From an uncultured Puniceicoccaceae bacterium (GTDB lineage: Bacteria > Verrucomicrobiota > Verrucomicrobiia > Opitutales > Oceanipulchritudinaceae), in NCBI GenBank assembly GCA_963933835.1, contig CAWVVV010000003.1, positions 160,001 to 224,000 of the forward strand: a stretch of DNA of 64,000 nt, read 5' to 3'. The notes beneath the pieces were generated by a model, which ran no database searches, was not told the DNA's origin, and saw nothing but the letters and a program-made list of their open reading frames with translations. Position numbers and translations under genes: made by a program. Positions 18,592 through 26,865 of the stretch are shown in pieces. The first letter of the stretch is position 1. Each line of letters begins with the position of its first letter.

Positions 18592-20718
18592 TCAGCTGAA
18601 GCCCAGAATCAGTCCGCCTTGGTAGACAGCAAAGGCCGAAAGCCAAGCAACCGCAAACATGTAGAAGACTTGGAACAAGGCCCAGCCCCACGACTGCGTC
18701 TCACGCCTTACCACCGCAACGGTCGACATACATTGCAGCGCAAAAACGAAGAAGAGCATCAGGCTGAGGCAAGTCAGCGGAGTGAAGAGCGGGGAACCAT
18801 CTGAGCGCGTCTGTGAACGCAAAGCATCGACGACCGAATCGACGTCTTCCTCGTCTTCCACCTGATAAATGATCGCCATTGTGGAAACAAAGATTTCGCG
18901 CGCGGCAAAGCTCGCAAGGACACCGACGTTCACCTTCCAGTCGTATCCTAGGGGCGCAAAGATCGGTTCGGCGGCTTGTCCGATCTTCCCTGCAAAGGAG
19001 TGCTCCAAAGAGCTGACCGTCTCAATGATCTCTTCGCCGTTCTCAGACTCAACCACGAGATCAACCTGCGGGTAGTTCATCCCAAACCAAAGGATGATAC
19101 TGAGGGCAAAAATAATTGTTCCGGCTCGGCGCAAAAAGACCTTCGATCGATCCCACATTTCCAGCGCAACCGAACGCCAGCGTGGGATCCGGTAGCTCGG
19201 CAACTCTAGGACCATCGTGGGAGTCACCCCTTTGAGAAGAGTGCGCTTGAAGATGAGGCCAAATATAAGCGCCGCCGCTGTTCCAATAAAGTAGAGACCA
19301 AAGAGCAGCGCGGCCTGCACACTCGCACGATACTCCATATCCGGAAGCAGTGCGGCAATGAGAACGAGATAGACCGGGAGGCGCGCCGTGCAGCTCATGA
19401 ACGGGGCGACCATGATCGTGACAAGGCGATCTTTCGGGCTCTCAATCGTGCGCGTCGCCATGATTCCCGGGACGGCACAGGCATAGCTTGAAAGTAGAGG
19501 GACAAAACTGCGCCCATGCAGGCCAACCTTGCTCATCAGTCGATCGAGGATAAACGCCGCCCGCGCCATGTATCCACTCGATTCCAACAGACTAATGAAG
19601 AAGAAGAGCATCAAAATCTGTGGTAGAAAAATCACTACACCGCCGATCCCGCTAATCACGCCGTCAACAAGAAGGCTCTCCAGCTGACCATCTGGCATCA
19701 CCGCAGCCACTTGCTCAGCGACCCAGCCTACCCCCCCGTCGATCCAATCCATGAAGGGTACTGCGAGTTTGAAAACGCTATAGAAAAGCACCCCCATGAT
19801 GAAGGCGAAGACGCCAAAACCTGAAACGGGATGCAGCAACACTCGATCGAGGCGTTCCGTCGTCGTCACGCGATTGGGGTTAAAGCGCTGAACGACTTCA
19901 TGCAGGATCGTTCCAATAAAAGCGTAGCGCGCCGTGATAATTCCGCTTTGCCAGCCCGGCACTTCGCGATCAAGGCGTTGTCGCCAAATCTCGAGACGGG
20001 TCCGCGCCGGGCCTAAATTAAGACTACCAAGCCGATCCTCACTCGCCGATAAGGCCAAGCGGGCTTCCGCGTGGGCAAAATCATGCGACATGCCCGGGCG
20101 CTGAAATGAAGGTGCAAGATCGCGACCTGCTTCTTCGACGAGCTCTGGATAGCTCACGAGTTCTTTTGCTCGAAGTAAATCCGCACGTGACAGCGCCACC
20201 CGAAGCGAAATGACCTTCTTATCGTCCTTCTCGTCGAGCTCGACGACCTTAACGCCGAGCTTGCGCTCGAGGACGTCAGCTTTCACTCGCACTCCGCGCC
20301 GCTCTGCGATGTCCAACATGTTCAGGGCCACGATGGTGGGAAATCCCAGCTCTACGACCTGCGTCACAAAAAAGAGATTACGCTCGATGTTGCTCGCATC
20401 GATCAGACAAACCACGACATCTGGCGGGGCTTCGCCCTCAATGCGGCCAAGGAGAAAATCGACCAAGATCTGTTCATCCGGTGAGCGCGGGTGCAGGCTA
20501 TACGTCCCCGGCAAATCGATCACCTTCATCTGCACTCCGTGCTGGGTGTAAGCGACGCCCTCTTTGCGCTCTACCGTCACGCCTGGGTAATTGCCTACCT
20601 TTTGACGCAGCCCGGTCAGCGCATTAAAAACCGTCGTTTTACCGCAATTCGGATTACCGAGCAGTGCGACCTTGAGGGGCCGTTGAGCAGACTTCTCTTC
20701 TTCCTTTGTCGCTATCAC
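18592..20718 (-). CDS. feoB: Ferrous iron transporter FeoB
   Basis: GNPNCGKTT, QKVGNYPGVTVE, DLPGTYSL, NMLD, LE.SGYMARAAF, PFMSC.ARLPVY, LELP.YR.P. Confidence 0.97.
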   Translation of the reverse strand: MIATKEEEKSAQRPLKVALLGNPNCGKTTVFNALTGLRQKVGNYPGVTVERKEGVAYTQHGVQMKVIDLPGTYSLHPRSPDEQILVDFLLGRIEGEAPPDVVVCLIDASNIERNLFFVTQVVELGFPTIVALNMLDIAERRGVRVKADVLERKLGVKVVELDEKDDKKVISLRVALSRADLLRAKELVSYPELVEEAGRDLAPSFQRPGMSHDFAHAEARLALSASEDRLGSLNLGPARTRLEIWRQRLDREVPGWQSGIITARYAFIGTILHEVVQRFNPNRVTTTERLDRVLLHPVSGFGVFAFIMGVLFYSVFKLAVPFMDWIDGGVGWVAEQVAAVMPDGQLESLLVDGVISGIGGVVIFLPQILMLFFFISLLESSGYMARAAFILDRLMSKVGLHGRSFVPLLSSYACAVPGIMATRTIESPKDRLVTIMVAPFMSCTARLPVYLVLIAALLPDMEYRASVQAALLFGLYFIGTAAALIFGLIFKRTLLKGVTPTMVLELPSYRIPRWRSVALEMWDRSKVFLRRAGTIIFALSIILWFGMNYPQVDLVVESENGEEIIETVSSLEHSFAGKIGQAAEPIFAPLGYDWKVNVGVLASFAAREIFVSTMAIIYQVEDEEDVDSVVDALRSQTRSDGSPLFTPLTCLSLMLFFVFALQCMSTVAVVRRETQSWGWALFQVFYMFAVAWLSAFAVYQGGLILGFS

Positions 20719-20736
20719 TCAGCCCTTTTCGGAAAA

Positions 20737-20991
20737 TTAGAGCAGTTCAACTTCAATCCTCGAGGCTTCCGCGCGGCGCAACGAAAGCATGTAGCCGCGA
20801 ACCTCAACTTCAAGCGGGTCACCCATCGGCGCAATACGCACGCAGCGAACCTCGGTATCTGGGATCAAGCCCATCTCCATCAAGCGCAAATGCATCTCAT
20901 GCCCACCGACGTAGGCAAGAATACGAGCCGCCTGCCCTGGATTCAGTTCCGACAAAGTTGTTTTACCCGCCACCATAATTCCCAAAACCAT
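20737..20991 (-). CDS. feoA: FeoA (start 20991 or 20976)
   Basis: LSEL.PGQ.ARI...RLMEMGLIP.T.V...R.APMGDPLEVEVRGY.LSLRR.EA. Confidence 0.93.
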   Translation of the reverse strand: MVLGIMVAGKTTLSELNPGQAARILAYVGGHEMHLRLMEMGLIPDTEVRCVRIAPMGDPLEVEVRGYMLSLRRAEASRIEVELL

Positions 20992-21020
20992 GCTCAACCC
21001 CCGCCCACAGTCAAAATGAA

Positions 21021-21037
21021 ATTGAGATTCGTTCTCG
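21021..21037. promoter_or_regulatory. Fur-like box upstream of feoA
   Basis: ATTGAGATTCGTTCTCG, same TGAGA-N5-TCTC pattern as the boxes at 18161-18240. Confidence 0.5.
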
Positions 21038-21098
21038 GAAACAAAATCCCCCTTTTCGCTCGCCGCGGGCATAGACGACGTTTTTAGAGTGTTTCCTT

Positions 21099-22205
21099 AT
21101 GCAAGCTGGAATCGTCGGGATGCCCAATGTGGGAAAGAGCACGCTTTTTAACGCGGTCACACGCACACGGAAGGCGGAGGCTGCCAATTATCCGTTTTGC
21201 ACGATCGAACCGAACATCGGAATCGTGCAGGTGCCGGATGAGCGTCTGGACGTCTTGGCGAAGATTGCTGGGACGGCGAAGATCATTCCAGCGGCGATCG
21301 AGTTCGTGGATATTGCGGGGCTCGTGAAGGGCGCTTCGGAGGGTGAAGGCCTCGGCAACAAGTTCCTCCACACCATTCGTGAGGTCGATGCGATCGTGCA
21401 AGTGGTGCGCTGTTTTGAGAACGACGACATCATCCACTCGATGGGCTCAGTCGATCCAATCCGCGATATTGAGATTATTCTGACGGAGTTAATTCTCTCC
21501 GACCTGCAAAGTGTGGAGACTCAATACGACAAGCAGATCAAGAAGGCGCGCGGGCAAGATAAGGAAGCGATCGCGAGGGTCGCTCTCTTAGAAAAGCTCA
21601 AGCCACTTCTCAACGAGGGCAAGCCAGCCTACCTGATCGACGCTGATGAAGAAGCTGCGCCCATTCTGAAGACCTTTGGCCTGCTCACCCTCAAGCCAAT
21701 CATTTTTGCCTGTAATGTTTCGGAGGAAGACCTCGCTGACCCTTCAAAGAATCCGCACGTCAAGGCTGTTGCCGACTACGTGGCCAAAGCGCACGAGGCA
21801 AAGTCCGTCGTGATCTGCTCCCGCCTCGAAGAAGAGCTGAGCGAAATGGAACCCGAAGAAGTGGGCATCTTTCTCGAAGACATGGGGTTGAAGGATAGCG
21901 GCGTGAGCCTGCTGATCCGCTCGGTTTATGATCTACTCGGCCTCGCTAGCTACTTCACAGCGGGTGTTCAGGAGGCACGCGCATGGACGATCCGCAAGGG
22001 CATGAAAGCACCCGAGTGTGCTGGAGTGATCCATACTGACTTTGAAGACGGCTTCATCAAAGCCGAAGTAGTCGCCTACGAAGACCTCGTAGCGGCCGGA
22101 AATAAAGTGGCGGCGAAAGAAGCCGGCAAGGTGCGGATGGAAGGCAAAGACTATGTTTTCAAGGATGGAGACGTGACCGAGTTTCGTTTCAATAAGACAA
22201 GTTAG
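21099..22205 (+). CDS. ychF: Redox-regulated ATPase YchF
   Basis: [68 protein letters not shown]...DGDV. Confidence 0.97.
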   Translation: MQAGIVGMPNVGKSTLFNAVTRTRKAEAANYPFCTIEPNIGIVQVPDERLDVLAKIAGTAKIIPAAIEFVDIAGLVKGASEGEGLGNKFLHTIREVDAIVQVVRCFENDDIIHSMGSVDPIRDIEIILTELILSDLQSVETQYDKQIKKARGQDKEAIARVALLEKLKPLLNEGKPAYLIDADEEAAPILKTFGLLTLKPIIFACNVSEEDLADPSKNPHVKAVADYVAKAHEAKSVVICSRLEEELSEMEPEEVGIFLEDMGLKDSGVSLLIRSVYDLLGLASYFTAGVQEARAWTIRKGMKAPECAGVIHTDFEDGFIKAEVVAYEDLVAAGNKVAAKEAGKVRMEGKDYVFKDGDVTEFRFNKTS

Positions 22206-22267
22206 GCCAGAAATCGGCGCAATAAGTGCCCCTTCTGCTTGTTAAAGGGCTCTCGCCTGACACTGAT

Positions 22268-22873
22268 ATGAACATGCGTCTGCAACTCGTTCTCATTTCT
22301 GGACTACTCATCGCACTTTTCAGCGGCTGTAAACAATCGACCGAACCGACCGTCTACTCGGTTCCAAAAGACAGCGAAATTGCCACTGTCACGCCTTCGA
22401 CGCCAACGCCCGCGGGAGACATGGCCGGCTCCAGCTTCACGCCGCCCGTCGCAGGGATGAATGGACATGCGCCCTCGTGGACCGTGCCGGACGATTGGAA
22501 AACTTCCCCAGGCTCAGCGATGCGAAAAGCAAGCTACGCCGTCACCCACCCTGAGGGTACGCTCGATGTTTCGGTATCGGCCTTTCCTGGGGATGTCGGA
22601 GGACCGCTAGCGAACGTAAACCGTTGGCGACAGCAGATTGGCCTCAGTCCGCTCAGCGCAGCCGATCTCGACCCCTACTACGCCCCTCTCGACGGAATGG
22701 AACCTGGGTTCTACACCGAGCTGATCGGAGCACAGCAGTCTACCCTCGCAGCTACCTTTGTGCACGACGGCAATTCATGGTTCTTCAAGATATCAGGACC
22801 AACCGCCTCGATCGAAAAAGAACGCGCAGACTTCCTCACCGTCGTACGCGGCGTTAATTTCGCCGGCCACTAG
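22268..22873 (+). CDS. Hypothetical lipoprotein heading the cytochrome c biogenesis operon
   Basis: Lipobox FSGC; W.VP..W, MRKASY, GG.LANVNRWR.QIGL, WFFK.SG. Confidence 0.75.
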   Translation: MNMRLQLVLISGLLIALFSGCKQSTEPTVYSVPKDSEIATVTPSTPTPAGDMAGSSFTPPVAGMNGHAPSWTVPDDWKTSPGSAMRKASYAVTHPEGTLDVSVSAFPGDVGGPLANVNRWRQQIGLSPLSAADLDPYYAPLDGMEPGFYTELIGAQQSTLAATFVHDGNSWFFKISGPTASIEKERADFLTVVRGVNFAGH

Positions 22874-22887
22874 CTCTCCTCTTTCAG

Positions 22888-23106
22888 ATGAAACGCAAAA
22901 AGCCCTCCATCTATAGCCTCATACCGTGGTCCTTCGCCGCCTGCGGTCTGCTGATCGCGCTCGGCAATCTTTTCGGGCTAACTGGCCTCCAATTGCCGAT
23001 CTTTCCCGTCGTTCAAGACGCCGTCGGTTTGATCATCAACGCAGTCTTCCTGCTCGCCATCGGCTTCATTCCAGTGGTGATCACGCATCTATTTCAAAAA
23101 GCCTGA
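22888..23106 (+). CDS. Small two-TM protein, 72 aa, coupled to resB
   Basis: Basic N-terminus and two hydrophobic helices; TGATG overlap with the next gene. Confidence 0.6.
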   Translation: MKRKKPSIYSLIPWSFAACGLLIALGNLFGLTGLQLPIFPVVQDAVGLIINAVFLLAIGFIPVVITHLFQKA

Positions 23107-24293
23107 TGAACCCTGCCTTCAAGTTTTTCAGTTCCATCCGGCTCACCGTCTACCTTCTGTTTGCGAGCACTCTCCTGATCTTCGTGGGAACACTGGATCA
23201 GGTTCAAGACGGCATCTACCTGGCCCAAAAACGCTACTACGAGCATGTCTTCGTCATCTTCACTCGGGGGCGGTTTCAGCTGCCAATACCGGGAGGCTAC
23301 CTGATCGGACCTCTCCTCATTCTGAATCTGCTTGCGGCTCATTTCCGTTACTACCGCATGGGTTGGCGAAAGCTCGGGATCGCCGCTCTTCACCTTGGCG
23401 TGATCGCTCTGCTCGTTGGACAACTCATTACTCAAACCTCCCAAAAAGATAGCTTCATGTGGCTCTCAGAAGGCGAGCGTAAGAACTACCTTGAATCCTT
23501 CCACGAAGATGAATTGGTCGTGATTGATCGATCAGATGACGCAGTGAACCGCATCGTGAGCTGGCCCGTCGCGGCCTTCGAAAGCGGGGATGCGCTCCTT
23601 CAGCACCCGATGCTCCCCTTTCAGCTGAAGATCAAGGCTTATGCCCTCAATGCCGGAATTGGCCCGATCGACGCTTTGGCATCGGGCGCTATCGGCGGAT
23701 TCGACCGAGGCCTCGCTTCACGGCGCAACTTTGGCATGACAAAGCTCCCCCCCACCTACGCTGATGGTGAGCGCAATCGCATGACGGCCGCTGTAGAAGT
23801 GATCGGAGCGGATGGTTCCCTCGGGCAGTGGATGGTCTCGAATATCTTTCGTCAGGCCCAACCCGTGAGAGTTCCAACCTCACCACAGACTTTCGTGTAT
23901 CAAAATCGCGAATACGAAATCGCGCTACGCTTCAAACGCGCCTACCTACCCTCACAGATAGAGCTTCTCGACTTTAAGCACGATCGCTATCCGGGCACTG
24001 AGATACCCTTCAACTTTTCAAGCAAGGTGAACATCATCGGCGAGACAAGCGGTGACGAGCGTTCGACCCTCATCTACATGAACCACCCCTTGCGCTACGC
24101 TGGATACACTTTCTTCCAAGCGTCTTTTGCTGAAAACGACACGATGTCGATGTTTCAAGTCGTGAAAAACCCGGGCAGGTTAATCCCGTATGTGGCCTGC
24201 GCCATCATCTCGATAGGCCTGCTTTATCAGTTCGGATTCAGCCTCATCGTATTTGCCCTAAAGTCCCGCGAGCGGAGGACGCAGACCTCATGA
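23106..24293 (+). CDS. resB: Cytochrome c biogenesis protein ResB/CcsB (system II)
   Basis: ATG 23106; FFSSIRLTV.LL, GI..LHLG..LL.G, DF.HDRYPGTEIP.NFSS.V, IYMNHPLRY.GYTFFQAS. Confidence 0.85.
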   Translation: MNPAFKFFSSIRLTVYLLFASTLLIFVGTLDQVQDGIYLAQKRYYEHVFVIFTRGRFQLPIPGGYLIGPLLILNLLAAHFRYYRMGWRKLGIAALHLGVIALLVGQLITQTSQKDSFMWLSEGERKNYLESFHEDELVVIDRSDDAVNRIVSWPVAAFESGDALLQHPMLPFQLKIKAYALNAGIGPIDALASGAIGGFDRGLASRRNFGMTKLPPTYADGERNRMTAAVEVIGADGSLGQWMVSNIFRQAQPVRVPTSPQTFVYQNREYEIALRFKRAYLPSQIELLDFKHDRYPGTEIPFNFSSKVNIIGETSGDERSTLIYMNHPLRYAGYTFFQASFAENDTMSMFQVVKNPGRLIPYVACAIISIGLLYQFGFSLIVFALKSRERRTQTS

Positions 24294-26122
24294 AACCTAA
24301 GCTCCTGACGATCGGCGCCCTCGCCCTCCTTCTCCTGCTCGCCCTTGGAACACTGAGTCGCCACCTGCGCACAGAAGAGCCTATGAGCGGGCTGGCGGTG
24401 GATCGATTGATGCAACTTCCTGTCCTCGAGGGTGGACGTGTTAAGCCTTTGGATACGGTGGCGCGGAACGCTCTTCTCGTGATCAATCGAAAGCAGCACT
24501 ACGTCAGCGAAGAGGATAAAAAGGTCCCTGCCTCCGATTGGCTCGCTGAACTCATGCTCGATCAGCAGAGTGCATCGCAAAGAAAGATCTTCAGGATCGA
24601 TCATCCGGAAATCGTTGGCTTGCTCGGATTTCACAATGAAGAACAGAAGTTTTTCTCCTTAGCCGAAATCGCTCCACACATCGAGACGCTGCAAGAACAG
24701 TTTGCCTTGATCGACGAAGAACCTGCCCGACGAACAGTTTACCAGCGAGAACTGCTAAAACTCTACAATGCGCTTTCAGTGTATGACGGCCTCGCCAGCA
24801 CGTTCATCGTCCGCCCACTTTTCGGTGATCCACAAACCGAGATTCAAAACCGTGACCGCGTACTGGAGGATCTTCGCACCCTCGAACCAGGTGATGAGAA
24901 TTACGCGAATGCGGCCAACGCTTGGCGCCTCATGGAAGGTCATTATCTAAGCCAAGATCGTTCCAAGGTCCACACGATCTTCCCAGACGGCAGTGAAGAC
25001 TGGATGACTGTCGCCGCAGCGATGGCTAAGCGGAAGCCTGCGAATGAGCTCCTCAAGCACTACGCGGCGATGGCTACTAGTTTCAAAGAGGGCAACAAGG
25101 CGACCTTCTCAACCGCTTTGGATGGCATCGAAGGCGTCTTGCATACGATCGACTTGGCAGACTCAAAAGACTTAAGGCTCGAGTACCGTTTCAACCACTT
25201 CGCGCCCTTCGTCTTCACGCTCGAAATCTACCTCATCGCGTTCTTTGCCGTCTTGCTCGGATGGCTTTTTCTGCCCCGCACCTTTATCATCGGAGGCCTC
25301 GTGCTCCTAACCCTCGGCTTCATCTTTCACACTTTTGGAATGTGGGCACGGATGGAGATTCAGAACCGCCCACCGGTAACAAACCTGTATTCCTCGGCTA
25401 TTTTCGTCGGCTGGGGCTCTGCCCTACTCTGTCTCGTATTGGAGTTTTTCCGGCGCGACGGCATCGCCACCGCAGCCGCCGCGCTCATTGGCGTGCCTAC
25501 GCTCATCATTGCTCACCACTTGAGCTTAAGTGGCGACACGATGGAAATGATGCGCGCTGTGTTAGACCATAACTTCTGGCTAGCGACGCATGTCATTGTC
25601 GTCACAGCGGGTTACTCTGCGACCTTTCTTGGAGGTGTATTAGCAATCCTATACATTTTCCATTACCTGTATGCCGGCAAGGAGGGGCAGAACCTCAAAG
25701 CGATCGAACGGATGGTCTATGGCATCATCTGCTTTGCCCTTCTCTTCAGTTTCGTGGGGACAATTCTCGGAGGCATCTGGGCGGATCAGAGCTGGGGACG
25801 TTTCTGGGGCTGGGATCCAAAAGAAAACGGAGCGCTCATGATTGTGCTCTGGAATGCGCTCATCCTCCATGCTCGATGGGCGAAGGTTGCGAAGCCAATT
25901 GGGCTCATGCAGCTGGCCATCACTGGAAATATCATCACGGCGTGGTCGTGGTTCGGAACGAACCTGCTCGGCGTTGGCCTTCACTCCTATGGTTTCACCG
26001 AGAGTGGATTCTTTTGGCTTATGGCCTTTGCATTCTCGCAAGTTGCCATTATCTGTGTCGCCTTTATCCCGACTATCGTCGAGGCGATCAGAAAGTCCAA
26101 AGGCTCTAAGCAAACGACCTAG
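24290..26122 (+). CDS. ccsA: Cytochrome c biogenesis protein CcsA/ResC with large N-terminal periplasmic domain
   Basis: GRVKPLDT.AR, RPPVTNLYSS, NFWLATHV, WWD loop GGIWADQSWGRFWGWDPKENGAL, GLHSYG. Confidence 0.92.
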   Translation: MKPKLLTIGALALLLLLALGTLSRHLRTEEPMSGLAVDRLMQLPVLEGGRVKPLDTVARNALLVINRKQHYVSEEDKKVPASDWLAELMLDQQSASQRKIFRIDHPEIVGLLGFHNEEQKFFSLAEIAPHIETLQEQFALIDEEPARRTVYQRELLKLYNALSVYDGLASTFIVRPLFGDPQTEIQNRDRVLEDLRTLEPGDENYANAANAWRLMEGHYLSQDRSKVHTIFPDGSEDWMTVAAAMAKRKPANELLKHYAAMATSFKEGNKATFSTALDGIEGVLHTIDLADSKDLRLEYRFNHFAPFVFTLEIYLIAFFAVLLGWLFLPRTFIIGGLVLLTLGFIFHTFGMWARMEIQNRPPVTNLYSSAIFVGWGSALLCLVLEFFRRDGIATAAAALIGVPTLIIAHHLSLSGDTMEMMRAVLDHNFWLATHVIVVTAGYSATFLGGVLAILYIFHYLYAGKEGQNLKAIERMVYGIICFALLFSFVGTILGGIWADQSWGRFWGWDPKENGALMIVLWNALILHARWAKVAKPIGLMQLAITGNIITAWSWFGTNLLGVGLHSYGFTESGFFWLMAFAFSQVAIICVAFIPTIVEAIRKSKGSKQTT

Positions 26123-26686
26123 CCACTGCCTTCTGAGTTAATTTCTCGATCTCAGGTTTAAGGACATTTTCGTAGTAATCTGGCTCTACCCCATGCGTCA
26201 GCGTAATCCCCAACTTGTTCCGCATAAATTCTTCGATCGTTTGCCAGCCCTCTTCAGGAATATTGATCTTCTTGGTGTAAGCACAAATCGTTAAAACATC
26301 TTCGAGCTCCCGAATACGAGAGCCAGCAGATAGGATGCGCTCGGCCACTTTGAGTCGAATTTCCAGCTCTACGCGGTCGAGGGGTTTAGCTAGAAAATCA
26401 TCTACGCCCACCCACATCGCTTCGTAGTAGTTCTCCTTCTGGTCCACGTTTGCCGTCAACATGATGACGTAGGTGTAGTTGCTCTCTGGATGTTCTCGAC
26501 GAGTTTTAGCCCATCCATACGAGGCATACGCCAGTCACTGATCACCAAACGCGTGGGCGAGGTACGGTATTGATTCCATGCTTCTTCGCCGTCTTCCGCT
26601 ACGAACACAGTATGACCCAGCTCTTCTAGAATAGTTACGAGGAGCTTCCGGGAAATAAAGTCGTCTTCGGCAATAAGAATGTTCAC
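26106..26686 (-). pseudogene. Response regulator (REC + C-terminal output domain) split by a frameshift near 26490
   Basis: Frame A: ILIAEDD...ISDWRMPRMDGL.LVENI. Frame B: REHPESNYTYVIMLTA...GVDDFLAKP. Together they make one REC domain. The split could be an assembly error. Confidence 0.8.
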
Positions 26687-26781
26687 GGATTGTATCTAAG
26701 TTCATCGCCCAACTGGAGCCTCTCTTTAGCCAACGATCAGGCTTTAGCGTCATATGAGTGATTCCCTTCCAGTCAGATACG

Positions 26782-26812
26782 AAAAAAGGCTACCCCTTTT
26801 CAGGGGCAGCCC
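26782..26812 (-). terminator. Intrinsic terminator after the hybrid kinase
   Basis: Minus strand GGGCTGCCCCTGAAAAGGGGTAGCCTTTTTT. Confidence 0.75.
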
Positions 26813-26865
26813 TATATAGCTATGTTCGTTCGTTTATTGTTCTGACTTACTAAAGACGCAAATTC

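Noticed and set aside
20992..21072. N-terminal extension of feoA
   Set aside because: It covers the divergent promoter and Fur-like box; FeoA homology starts further downstream.
22926..23105. Arg-rich N-terminal extension of resB
   Set aside because: It overlaps the 72-aa membrane protein in another frame; the coupled ATG at 23106 gives the typical ResB start.
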